A DNA stretch of 64,000 nt, taken from assembly GCA_035632695.1 (NCBI GenBank), contig DASQGG010000027.1, positions 2,073 to 66,072 of the forward strand, written 5' to 3'. Shown here piece after piece: positions 30,399 to 39,371 of the stretch (positions within the stretch are counted from its first letter, which is position 1; the number at the start of each line of letters is the position of its first letter). The notes below the pieces were generated by a model. The model saw only the letters and a program-made list of their open reading frames with translations, had not been told where the DNA came from and ran no database searches. A program made the position numbers and the translations under genes. Source of the stretch: Thermoplasmata archaeon. Its GTDB lineage: Archaea; Thermoplasmatota; Thermoplasmata; RBG-16-68-12.

Positions 30399-30579
30399 CC
30401 TGGGCACGACCATCAACGACTTCCTGACGTCGATTGCCCGGAACCCGGTGTACCTGCTCCTCACCGTGGGGCTCGTCGCGGTCCTCCTCCTCGCCATCGT
30501 CGCGCACCACATCCACAAGATCCGCAGCCAAGAGATTTTCGTCCATCAGGCATGGGGCGCGAACTGGAAAGGACGCTAG
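30391..30579 (+). CDS. Small single-TM protein
   Basis: Hydrophobic helix; overlaps the upstream stop. Confidence 0.6.
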   Translation: MADLGTTINDFLTSIARNPVYLLLTVGLVAVLLLAIVAHHIHKIRSQEIFVHQAWGANWKGR

Positions 30580-30629
30580 CCCGAAATCCTCATAACGGCT
30601 CGGAGTCTTCGTGGCGGCTCGGTGTCGTT

Positions 30630-31013
30630 GTGTCGAAGATCCCCGACGACCTGCGCTACACGAAGAACCATGAGTGGGCCAAGCTCGAGGGGAAGCGCGC
30701 TCGCATGGGCATCACAGACCACGCGCAGAACGAGCTGACGGACGTCGTCTACGTGGAGTTCCCGCCGGTCGGTAAGACGGTCGCCCAGGGCGAGGTCCTC
30801 GGCACCGTGGAGTCCGTGAAGGCCGTGAGCGAGATCTACTCGCCGCTGAGCGGCAAGGTCGCCGAGGTGAACAAGGTCCTCGACGACACGCCGGAGCAGG
30901 TGAACAAGGACCCGTACGGCGCAGGATGGATGGTCCTCCTCGAACTTTCGAACCCCGCGGAGTTCTCGAAGCTCCTCGATGCCGCGGCGTACAAGAAAAT
31001 CGTCGGCGACTGA
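30630..31013 (+). CDS. gcvH: Glycine cleavage H protein (lipoyl carrier)
   Basis: YTKNHEW, GITDHAQ, VESVKAVSEIYSP lipoyl-Lys, NKDPYGAGW. Confidence 0.95.
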   Translation: MSKIPDDLRYTKNHEWAKLEGKRARMGITDHAQNELTDVVYVEFPPVGKTVAQGEVLGTVESVKAVSEIYSPLSGKVAEVNKVLDDTPEQVNKDPYGAGWMVLLELSNPAEFSKLLDAAAYKKIVGD

Positions 31014-31065
31014 GTCTGGCATGGCGGTGAGGAATCCTTTTATCGGCCAGCACGGTTTGGCGGCC

Positions 31066-31140
31066 GGGCGCGTCGGCTAGTTTGGACTAGGCTATGGGCC
31101 TTCGGAGCCTAAGACAGGGGTTCGAATCCCCTCGCGCCCG
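31066..31140 (+). tRNA. tRNA-Arg(UCG)
   Basis: Acceptor GGGCGCG/CGCGCCC, anticodon arm TGGGC-CTTCGGA-GCCTA, T arm AGGGG-TTCGAAT-CCCCT; no CCA or intron; TTTTATC box upstream. Confidence 0.93.
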
Positions 31141-31244
31141 CTACGTTTCGGGGTCGTCGGCCTTTGTCAACGCGGGGTCGTTTGACATTGATAGGCTGAA
31201 ATACCGGATATACACGGTGTCGATCCAGTTCAAGAAGGGCCGGG

Positions 31245-33752
31245 ATGCCTTCCACCGGGGAGTCGCCCCTCGCGCGCTTCGCGAGGGGCATCGTCGAGGG
31301 CGACGGACGGTCGATTGGAACGCCCTCGTTGTCCGACGACGGCTCGGCCGTGGTCCTGTCGATCCTCATGGGCCGTGGCGGCGCGCGAGGCTACGTCTTG
31401 GCGAACGAGGTGGCGGACGAGGTCTCGTTCATCGACCCGGGTAGGATTGACCGGGTGCGGATTCGCAACGAGTCGCGCCGCCGGATCTTCCTCCCGCCCG
31501 GGACGCTCTTGGCGGGGGAGGGGACTGCGTCCCGCGGCATCACCCGCGGCGTCCTCGTGGACCCCCGATCGATGGTGGACGTGGAGGTGAGGTGCGTTCA
31601 CGCCTCGGCCCCCGTCCGGGCCCACGCGCCCCTCGAGCTCGGTGGGTCCGTCGCTCCTCTCCGCGTCCGACAGGCGCTGATGTCGCGCGACCAGGGGCTC
31701 GTGTGGGAGGCGGTTCGTGAGTTCATCGCCACCCGAGCCCCCTCGGTCAGGAACACCGACGATCTCATGGCGGCTCTCGGGATGGCATCCTCCGCCGCGT
31801 CGCTGCCAAGCGCGACGCCGTCCCCTTCGTCTATTCAAGGCGACCCGTGTGGCATGATTGTGCTCGGCGCTGCCGGTGTGGAGGCCATGGAAGTGTTCGA
31901 CGGCCCCGAGCCGTGGGCGCGAGCCTCCCCGGACCTCGCGGACGGGCTCCGGGGTGAGTCCTCCGCCGCGACGTTCCTAACGCATCAGGTTATCGCCGGA
32001 AAGGCGATTGAGCTCGCGAAGGCATGGCTTCTCCGTCTCGCCGAACTCGCGCAGGGTCCCGGGACTCGGCAGACCTGGGTTGCGGCGGATTCCTCGGCGG
32101 AATGGACGGTCCTGGGCGGGGAGGTCATCCATCTCCTCGCCTTCCGTGGGAGTCCTTGGAGCCAGCTCCCGGCCGCGCCGGGTGGCACGCTCGGGGGGGC
32201 AGAGGCTCCGGACGGACTTTCGCAACTGCCACCGGGAATCACTGCACCCGCACCGGGGGAGGGCGATGTCGCGGTCGCCGTGGTCGCCGCATCGGACGCC
32301 GAGGACGACTCGGCGGCTCCCGCGCCCCCGGTCCGCATCCGGCGTCGGAAGGTCCTCACGAGCGGCTGGGACGCATCCACGTTCGGATCCCTGGAGCGCT
32401 TTGCCTCCAAGGAGTTCGGGGGGGACCGGTCCGCGGCGATGCGCTTCCTGGTGAGGCAGGGACTCCTGGGTCGCGGATACTTCGGTCCCCGGGCACCGCC
32501 GTCCTATCACGCCCCTGCCGCATCGCAGGAGGCCCTGGGTGACCCGGGCCAGCTCGAGCCCGACCACGCCACCGTCGAAGCCCGGATTTCCGACTATGGG
32601 AGGATCGCCCAGACCGAGGCGTACGCGGAGTGGCTTCGCGATCGCGCGCGGCAGGAGCTCGCGCGGATGGCCTCCGCTCTGGAGGATCCCGTCCTGCGCG
32701 AGGCTGCGCAGGCGGCGTTGGACCGGCTGCCATCGTCACCACCCGAGCCCGAGTTCCTGGAGACTCCTCCCGCCGAGGCGATTCCTCCCCCGCCTCCCGT
32801 GGACGTGCGTCCGCTCCTGCGGCGCGCCTTCGCCGCAAGCGCTGCCGGTCAGTTCTCGGACGCCCTCCATCTCTTCGACGAGGTGCTTGACGCCGAGCCC
32901 GACCACCGCACCGCGCTCCTCGGCCGCGCGGTCGCCCTGCGGCGGTCCGGGAAGTCCCAGGAGGCGCTCGAAGCGCTGGATCTGGTCCTGCGGCTCGAGC
33001 CCACGAACGCCGCGGCGCTCCTGAACCGCGGGCGCGTCCTGCAGGAGCGCGGGGAGTTCCAGGCCGCCCTGGAAACGTACGACCGGCTCGCGGCGGTCGC
33101 TCCGAACGATTGGGACGTGTGGGTGGCCCGCGGGGACGTCCTGGCCCGGATGGACCGCGAGCCCGAGGCGCTCAACGCATACTCGGAGGCCCAACGGCGC
33201 AACCCCGATGACGAGAGCCTCAAGGCCAAGATCCGCGGCATCGAGAGGGCGAGGGTTCCCCCGCCGACCTCCGCCTCGCGAGTCGCGCTCCCCCGGGACG
33301 TGCAGGAAGGGCAGTCGTACCTAATCCGAGGAGGGCCGCCGGACCTGGGCTACCGGGTCTTCCGCGCGCTCTCCATCCGGTCCGTGCCCTGCCTCTTGGT
33401 CACGCCTCGCGATGCGGACCGGGTGCGGGGCGAGCAGGGACTCGGGGGCGTACGGATCCTCGAGCTGACCACGGAACCCGGCGGAGACCGCGTCCCGCCG
33501 AGCTCGCTCGTCGGGCTGACGAACGCCATCGAGCACTTTCTGACGGTGAACCGCGGCCGAGCCGCCATCCTGCTCGAAGGGTTGTCCCTGCTCGTGGAGA
33601 CCAACGGCTTCCGCGACACGGCGCTGTTCCTGGCCCGCGTGAACGAGTCCATCCTCCCCTCCCAAGGCATCTTCCTGGTGTCCGTCGCACGTGGAGAGCT
33701 GGCCGAGAAGGAGGCCGCCATCCTCGAGCGCGACCTTCGGGTTTTGTCCTGA
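31245..33752 (+). CDS. Multidomain protein: DUF6569 (ARPP-1)-like, RHH-like segment, TPRs, DUF835
   Basis: VRIRN...IFL..GTLLAG...VEVRCVHAS...DQGLVWEAV; DRSAAMRFLVRQGL; about 4 TPRs; AILLEGLSLLVETNGF...E.AILER. Confidence 0.7.
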   Translation: MPSTGESPLARFARGIVEGDGRSIGTPSLSDDGSAVVLSILMGRGGARGYVLANEVADEVSFIDPGRIDRVRIRNESRRRIFLPPGTLLAGEGTASRGITRGVLVDPRSMVDVEVRCVHASAPVRAHAPLELGGSVAPLRVRQALMSRDQGLVWEAVREFIATRAPSVRNTDDLMAALGMASSAASLPSATPSPSSIQGDPCGMIVLGAAGVEAMEVFDGPEPWARASPDLADGLRGESSAATFLTHQVIAGKAIELAKAWLLRLAELAQGPGTRQTWVAADSSAEWTVLGGEVIHLLAFRGSPWSQLPAAPGGTLGGAEAPDGLSQLPPGITAPAPGEGDVAVAVVAASDAEDDSAAPAPPVRIRRRKVLTSGWDASTFGSLERFASKEFGGDRSAAMRFLVRQGLLGRGYFGPRAPPSYHAPAASQEALGDPGQLEPDHATVEARISDYGRIAQTEAYAEWLRDRARQELARMASALEDPVLREAAQAALDRLPSSPPEPEFLETPPAEAIPPPPPVDVRPLLRRAFAASAAGQFSDALHLFDEVLDAEPDHRTALLGRAVALRRSGKSQEALEALDLVLRLEPTNAAALLNRGRVLQERGEFQAALETYDRLAAVAPNDWDVWVARGDVLARMDREPEALNAYSEAQRRNPDDESLKAKIRGIERARVPPPTSASRVALPRDVQEGQSYLIRGGPPDLGYRVFRALSIRSVPCLLVTPRDADRVRGEQGLGGVRILELTTEPGGDRVPPSSLVGLTNAIEHFLTVNRGRAAILLEGLSLLVETNGFRDTALFLARVNESILPSQGIFLVSVARGELAEKEAAILERDLRVLS

Positions 33753-33806
33753 TCCCGCTCGCGACGTCACCCTCATACGCAGGCGCGGACTCCGCCCAAA
33801 CCGGAC

Positions 33807-33911
33807 GGCTCCTTCCCCGAGCTGGGGACGTACGAGAAGCACGGGAAGCTGGATGGCGCGTGGCTGGACACGGCCATCGTGGAGCGCCTGATTCCCGAGA
33901 ACCTCCGCTGA
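33807..33911 (+). pseudogene. C-terminal remnant of a Pat/ArsN1-type GNAT acetyltransferase
   Basis: FPELGTYEKHGKLDGAWLDTAIVERLIPENLR* with no 5' part. Confidence 0.7.
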
Positions 33912-33913
33912 CC

Positions 33914-34846
33914 CTACGCCGGCTCGACGTCCTCGAACACGGCGGCCCGATGGCTGGCGGGGAGGAACGCGTACACCCGGTCGCGCGTGGGATCGAACGC
34001 CAGGGTATGCGCGCCACGCTCCGTGGGCCGGGACTCGACGCGGTCCAGGGTCCGCGTGTCGAACACGTCGATGACTCCGGGGTCGCCGATGGCCACGTAC
34101 AGACGGTCGAGGCGTCCGTTGAGGAAGACCACGTCGGGCGCCCCGCTCAGCGGGCGTTCGCCGAGGACTTCGCCGGAGGATCGATTGAGGACGACGAGCT
34201 TCCCGTCGTCGCACGCACAGTACAGGCGGCCGCGGATCGGGTCCAGGTCCAGCCCATGGGGGCCGCCCGCGGGAACGGGCAGGACACGGGCGATGCGGTC
34301 CGGGTGCGGCGCATCGATGACGACGATCTCCGGCGGATCCCGGATGTTCACGTAGAACGCCCGGGTCTTCGAATCGTACAAGGTCCAGCGCGTGCGGCCC
34401 GGGACGGGCAGGTCGGCGAGCATCGCCCTCGCGGCCGTGTCCACCAGGGAGACCGTCGTCGACCTCGGGATGCTGGGATCGCCGACGTTCGCCGCGAGGA
34501 GGAGGCGATGACCCGGGGCGAACGCGAGTCCGTTCGGATGCAGACCCACCTTCACCTTCACCGCGTCGGCCTCCTTCCCCTCCTCGAACAGGCTGACCGT
34601 GTCCTCCCCGCGGTTCGACGTGAAGACGAGGTTCCGGTCCTCGGACACCAGGACGCCCGCGACCCCCTTCAGGCCGGTAGCCGAACGCAGGTAGCGATTC
34701 TCCCGCAGATCGATGATGTCCACGGAGTCGTTCGCGGGGTGGGCCACGTACAGGTGACCCGCGGGGCCGTGGATCGCCGCATGGTCGAAGCCTCCCTCAC
34801 CTCGGTGTGCCGGGAGGTCGACGAAACCGCGGGGTTCGAGGCTCAT
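33914..34846 (-). CDS. YncE-family beta-propeller protein
   Basis: GGFDH, repeated P.GL/A...LYVA blades, GAHTLAFDP; ATGA overlap with chrB. Confidence 0.8.
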   Translation of the reverse strand: MSLEPRGFVDLPAHRGEGGFDHAAIHGPAGHLYVAHPANDSVDIIDLRENRYLRSATGLKGVAGVLVSEDRNLVFTSNRGEDTVSLFEEGKEADAVKVKVGLHPNGLAFAPGHRLLLAANVGDPSIPRSTTVSLVDTAARAMLADLPVPGRTRWTLYDSKTRAFYVNIRDPPEIVVIDAPHPDRIARVLPVPAGGPHGLDLDPIRGRLYCACDDGKLVVLNRSSGEVLGERPLSGAPDVVFLNGRLDRLYVAIGDPGVIDVFDTRTLDRVESRPTERGAHTLAFDPTRDRVYAFLPASHRAAVFEDVEPA

Positions 34847-35310
34847 CGGGCCGCGTGCTCCAGCTTGCCCTTGCCCTCGACCGTGAGCTTGCTGTATGTG
34901 TAGAGGGCGTCGTACGCGGGGAACTGGAGGCGCATGTTGTCGAAGTCGTCCTTGGCGTTCGTGCGGAACCCTAGGGCCAGCGCCTCGAGACCGGCTCCCT
35001 CGGGCCGCGGTCTTCGAGGAGCCGCATCCGCGGTGCGGACGATCTCCGCCATGCTCAAGAGGGCCGGGTCCGTGAGCCTGTACTTCTTGATGATCGCATC
35101 GAAGCTGCACCGCTCGTCGTCCCCCTCCTTGAAGTGATGGAGCTCCGCGCCGGGCGTGTCGAAGGGGATGGCGCCCTCCGCCTTGGCGACGTCCAAGACC
35201 TTCTCCCGCGGGACGAACAGGAACTCGGCTTCCGGGTCCACGAACCGCGTGATCAACCAGGGGCACGCGATCCGGTCCACCTTGGCCTTCTCTCTGGTCA
35301 CCCATTTCAT
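34843..35310 (-). CDS. Chromate-resistance ChrB C-terminal-domain protein
   Basis: MKWVTRE.AKVDRIACPWLI.RFVDPEAEF, CSFDAII.KY, YDALY. Confidence 0.88.
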   Translation of the reverse strand: MKWVTREKAKVDRIACPWLITRFVDPEAEFLFVPREKVLDVAKAEGAIPFDTPGAELHHFKEGDDERCSFDAIIKKYRLTDPALLSMAEIVRTADAAPRRPRPEGAGLEALALGFRTNAKDDFDNMRLQFPAYDALYTYSKLTVEGKGKLEHAAR

Positions 35311-35390
35311 GTGTCTCTCCTCCGTGCGCACCGACGACCGGTCTGCTACTAAAGTCTAACGCCGATTCCGACGCTGCGGCAGAGCCCCCT

Positions 35391-36602
35391 TCAGGGGGCT
35401 CGTTCCCCGTTCTCCTCGGGCGGATGGGTCTTGCGGAAGCTCCGGTAGATTAGGCCGTCGTAGAGGAGCTTGAGGCCCCCGGCAGCGACCAGGGGCGTGC
35501 CGAGCCAGAGGCTCTGAAGCGCGTATCCCGCAATCGAGGGGCTGATGGACGACGCCACCGTGCGCGTCGCGCTCGTGAGTCCCGCCGCGGGGGTGCGGTC
35601 CTCCTCGTCCACGATCGCCATGACGTACGACTGCCGCGTGGGCACGTCCATCTGGGACAGGGACTGGCGGCACAGGAGGAGGGCGACGGCGGTGGCGGGC
35701 GTCGGCGCGAAGGCCACGGCAATCAGGAAGACGTTCGACGGCACGTGGCTGAAGACCATGGTCCGGAGGAGGCCGATTCTCCGCGCGATGCGCTCGGCCA
35801 GGAGGAAGGACAGGGCGGTCACGAGCTGGGTCAAGAAGAAGATGGCACCGAGTTCAGGCATCGGCAGTCCGAATCGGAGGTAGAAGTAGTAGGAGAGGAT
35901 GCTCGACCCGACAAAGCCACCCCCGAAGGCGTCGATCGCGAAGAGGCCGGACAGGCGCAGCACGATCGGCCGGGCTCGGGGCGACAGGACGGACCGCTGC
36001 GCTCGTCCTTCGAGTTCGACCCCTCTGGACAGGGACGCGTAGAGAACCATGCCCACGAGGCCCGAGACCATGTAGCCGAGGAACAGCGGCCGGTACCCCA
36101 CATAGCTCGGGAGTCCCGCGAGCAGCGCGCCGACGGCGGAGGCGCCGTACCCGACGAGGTTGTATACGCTGAAGGCCAGCGTCCTTCGGGAGGCCGAAGT
36201 GGTCCGCGGGAGCATGGCCTGCTCCAGGGAAAGGAAGGGTCCCACCTCCCCGGCGCCCACGGACATGTTCCCGACGATGCCCGCCAAGACGGGGGCCCAC
36301 CAGTCCGTCGAGCTGAACAGGAGCGCGCCCGCCACGCAGTCGGTGAGGGCGAAGAAGACGAGGGTCTTCCGCCGCCCGATCCGGTCGGCCAGAAGACTCA
36401 CGGCGAACGTGTAGAAGGCGCTGCTCAGGACCGTCAGGGTGAGGACGACGCCCACCGCCACAGGGTCGAAGCCGAGCTGGGCCAGGTAGACGCCGAAGAC
36501 CACGCCGAGGAATCCGTACGGCACGGTCCGGACGGTCTTCTCCAGGAAGAGGAGCCTGCCATCCCGATTGACCCATGCCGCCGAACCGGACTCCTCCGCC
36601 GT
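35391..36602 (-). CDS. MFS transporter (start codon anomalous)
   Basis: LADRIGRRK, GEVGPFLSLEQA, SQMDVPTRQSY; first helix extends upstream of GTG 36524 to ACG 36602. Confidence 0.8.
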   Translation of the reverse strand, partial: TAEESGSAAWVNRDGRLLFLEKTVRTVPYGFLGVVFGVYLAQLGFDPVAVGVVLTLTVLSSAFYTFAVSLLADRIGRRKTLVFFALTDCVAGALLFSSTDWWAPVLAGIVGNMSVGAGEVGPFLSLEQAMLPRTTSASRRTLAFSVYNLVGYGASAVGALLAGLPSYVGYRPLFLGYMVSGLVGMVLYASLSRGVELEGRAQRSVLSPRARPIVLRLSGLFAIDAFGGGFVGSSILSYYFYLRFGLPMPELGAIFFLTQLVTALSFLLAERIARRIGLLRTMVFSHVPSNVFLIAVAFAPTPATAVALLLCRQSLSQMDVPTRQSYVMAIVDEEDRTPAAGLTSATRTVASSISPSIAGYALQSLWLGTPLVAAGGLKLLYDGLIYRSFRKTHPPEENGERAP

Positions 36603-36645
36603 TCCCTCACCCCATCCGACGTCGCCGGCTCCCGCCGCCGAGCCC

Positions 36646-37083
36646 TCAGGCCCTCGGGGTCGGGACCTCGACGCGTTCGAACTCCCGTTCCTCCCACATG
36701 TCGTACGCCGTCGCGGCGGAGGACGCTTGGCTCAGGATCGCGAGGGCCACGACCAGGTGAAGGACGAGGACGACCTCGAGCCCGGGAAGCGACCAGCCGA
36801 GGACGACGACGAGGAACGCGTAGATTCCGAGGACGAACTGGGCCGACGCGAGACTCGCGGTGGATCGGACGATGCGACGGATCCGGTCGGGGATCGCCAT
36901 GCGCTTGATGTGGCTTTGGTGGTAGTGCGCGAGGAAGACGATCGCGAAACCCAGGGCGACGTGGAGGTAGATGCTCCCGGGGAAAACGACCAGGGCGATG
37001 AGTATCTGGACGAACACGATCCAGATTATGGCGTACAACGTCTTCCAGGGAGACCGCGTCTCGGGTTGCGGCGGGACGGCCAA
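36646..37083 (-). CDS. Four-helix membrane protein
   Basis: Four hydrophobic helices with His; ends ATAYDMWEEREF; TTG start inferred. Confidence 0.7.
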   Translation of the reverse strand: MAVPPQPETRSPWKTLYAIIWIVFVQILIALVVFPGSIYLHVALGFAIVFLAHYHQSHIKRMAIPDRIRRIVRSTASLASAQFVLGIYAFLVVVLGWSLPGLEVVLVLHLVVALAILSQASSAATAYDMWEEREFERVEVPTPRA

Positions 37084-37143
37084 CGTACCACCGCGGGTCC
37101 AACGGGCATGCCGTTCATAAAGTCGGCGGGCAGCGGTCCGCGC

Positions 37144-37160
37144 AGGAAGGAAAAAGGGGG
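37144..37160 (-). terminator. Pyrimidine-rich archaeal-type terminator
   Basis: CCCCCTTTTTCCTTCCT on the minus strand just after the 37172 stop. Confidence 0.45.
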
Positions 37161-37171
37161 ACGGGCCGCCG

Positions 37172-37963
37172 TCACAGCGGCCCGCAGGTGTAGGTGGGGT
37201 GGTTCGGGATTCCGAGGCCATCCGGGCGCTCGGCCCAGAACTTGAACTCGAAGCTTCCCCGGGATTGCGGGTGGATCTCCACGAGGAAGCCGCTCTGGTC
37301 GCCGTTTCCCGAAGCAACGACGTGGTCGGTGAAGGGCATCGTGAGGGCCCACTCCATGGGGTTCGCGGAGCCGTTGACCATGCCGTAGTAGTACAGGACC
37401 TTGAGGAGGTCCGATCCCGAGTTGCGCACCACGGCGGTGGCGTTCAGGCCCGGGTCAATCAGGGACCGGTACCCGGGTTCGTCACGCTCCGCGATCTCGT
37501 GGAGCACGACGGGCCAGTAGTCCGCATCGCCGAGGGCCGCGGTCAGCGTGGCCACGGTCGTCCCCGCCGGGAAGGAGACGCCTTGCGCGGCCAGGAGCGG
37601 GCCGTTCCAGCCGATGTAGTACGACAGGGTGCGCGAGCTCACGACCTCTTCGGCGCCGCAGCCCGCGTAGATCGTGATCTCGTCGGGGACCGTGTTGTTC
37701 GGATTCCGCGCTTCGATGCGGAGCACCGCGGGCACCGGGCGGTTCGCGTTGTTCGCCAGGGTCGCCACGACGCGGAACACCTCGCCGGGAGCCACCGACG
37801 TCGGGACCCCGTCGACGGTCAGCGTGATGGCCTGACCCGTCACCTGGACGGTCCGATTCTCCGTGTTGCTGATCGTGGGCGTGAGCACGCCCATGGCACT
37901 GGCCGCGAGGACGGCCACCAGCAGGACCGTCCACCTTGCCCTGAGTTTCTTTCCAAGACCCAT
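37172..37963 (-). CDS. Secreted hypothetical protein with Ig-like beta-rich N-terminal part
   Basis: Basic plus hydrophobic signal; VPTSVAPGEVFRVVATLAN strand pattern. Confidence 0.65.
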   Translation of the reverse strand: MGLGKKLRARWTVLLVAVLAASAMGVLTPTISNTENRTVQVTGQAITLTVDGVPTSVAPGEVFRVVATLANNANRPVPAVLRIEARNPNNTVPDEITIYAGCGAEEVVSSRTLSYYIGWNGPLLAAQGVSFPAGTTVATLTAALGDADYWPVVLHEIAERDEPGYRSLIDPGLNATAVVRNSGSDLLKVLYYYGMVNGSANPMEWALTMPFTDHVVASGNGDQSGFLVEIHPQSRGSFEFKFWAERPDGLGIPNHPTYTCGPL

Positions 37964-38127
37964 CGTTCGCACCTCGCCCGCGCCACCGGCGCAGGACGAG
38001 ACGGCGGATGGCGGCGCGCGTCGGATAAGCCGGCGTCGTACAGCCACCGTGCACGTAGTCGCGCGGCCCCGCCGACATGTTAAATAGAGTGCGGGCTTCT
38101 TTCGCCGTCCACGGGAGAGGAGACCCG

Positions 38128-39297
38128 GTGACCGAGGTCGTCATCGCCGGCGCGTGTCGCACGCCCATCGGCAAGTACGGCCGAGCGTTCCGAAACGTGG
38201 AGGCCGTCAAGCTCGGGAGCCTCGTCGTCGCGGAGGCCGTGCGGCGCACGGGACTCGTCGGCGCGGACATCGAGGAGGTCATCCTGGGCAACGTGATCCA
38301 GGCGGGCTTGGGTCAGAACCCCGCGCGGCAGGCCGCCCTGTACGCGGACTTGCCGGATCGGATTGGGGCGGTGACGATCAACAAGGTGTGCGCAAGCGGG
38401 ATGAAGAGCGTGGCGATCGCCGCGGACGCGATTCGCGCGGGTTCCGAGGAGGTCATCGTCGCGGGAGGCATGGAGTCCATGAGCCGCGCCCCCTACCTCG
38501 TCAAGGAGGCGCGGTGGGGGATTGGGTACAACAACGTTCCCTTCCTGGACGCCATGGTCCACGACGGGCTCTGGGACGCCTACAACCAGTTTCACATGGG
38601 CGTCACGGGCGAGATTGTCTCCGAGCGGTTCAAGGTCACCCGCGAGGACCAGGACGCCTTCTCCCTCGAGAGCCACCGCCGGGCCGCGCGTGCCACGCTG
38701 GACGGCAAGTTCAAGGAGGAGATCCTCGCCGTCGACGTGCCCGGGCAGCCCCGCGTCGAGCTTGACGAGGGGGTCCGCCAGGACACCTCGATGGAGAAGC
38801 TCGCGAGGTTGCCCCCCGTGTTCCGAGAGCACGGGGTCGTCACCGCGGGGAACGCGTCCCAGCTCAGCGACGGGGCGTCCGCGATGGTGGTCCTGTCGCG
38901 CGCCGCCGCGGACCGGCATGGCGTCAAGCCCCTGGCGAAGATCGTGGACTACGTGACCTCCGGCGTGAAGCCCGAGCTCGTCATGGAGGCGCCGATCCCG
39001 GCCGTGCGCAGGATCCTGAAGAAGACGGGCATGAAGATCGACGACTTCGACCTCATCGAGCACAACGAGGCGTATGCCGCGGCGAGCGTCGCGGTGATGA
39101 AGGAGTTGGGAATCGACCACGCCAAGTTCAACGTGAACGGCGGGGCCGTGGCCCTGGGCCACCCCCTGGGGTGTAGCGGAGCGCGCATCCTGACCACGCT
39201 CGTGTACGCGATGAAGGATCGAAATGCGAAACGGGGGCTCGCGACCCTCTGCCTCGGCGGGGGCAACGCGATGGCGATGATCCTGGAACGGCCCTGA
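38128..39297 (+). CDS. Acetyl-CoA C-acetyltransferase (thiolase)
   Basis: NKVCASGM, GGMESMS, EHNEAYA, NGGAVALGHPLG, LCLGGG. Confidence 0.95.
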   Translation: MTEVVIAGACRTPIGKYGRAFRNVEAVKLGSLVVAEAVRRTGLVGADIEEVILGNVIQAGLGQNPARQAALYADLPDRIGAVTINKVCASGMKSVAIAADAIRAGSEEVIVAGGMESMSRAPYLVKEARWGIGYNNVPFLDAMVHDGLWDAYNQFHMGVTGEIVSERFKVTREDQDAFSLESHRRAARATLDGKFKEEILAVDVPGQPRVELDEGVRQDTSMEKLARLPPVFREHGVVTAGNASQLSDGASAMVVLSRAAADRHGVKPLAKIVDYVTSGVKPELVMEAPIPAVRRILKKTGMKIDDFDLIEHNEAYAAASVAVMKELGIDHAKFNVNGGAVALGHPLGCSGARILTTLVYAMKDRNAKRGLATLCLGGGNAMAMILERP

Positions 39298-39371
39298 CGT
39301 ACTCGAGTTCGTCTCGTGTGGAGTTCGGCCGGGCCATACGCTCAAGAGGCCTCCCGGGCTATGCCGCGACC

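Noticed and set aside
33751..33765. attR-like copy of the tRNA-Arg 3' end (ATCCCGCTCGCG vs ATCCCCTCGCG)
   Set aside because: Too short and gapped, and no integrase in the window
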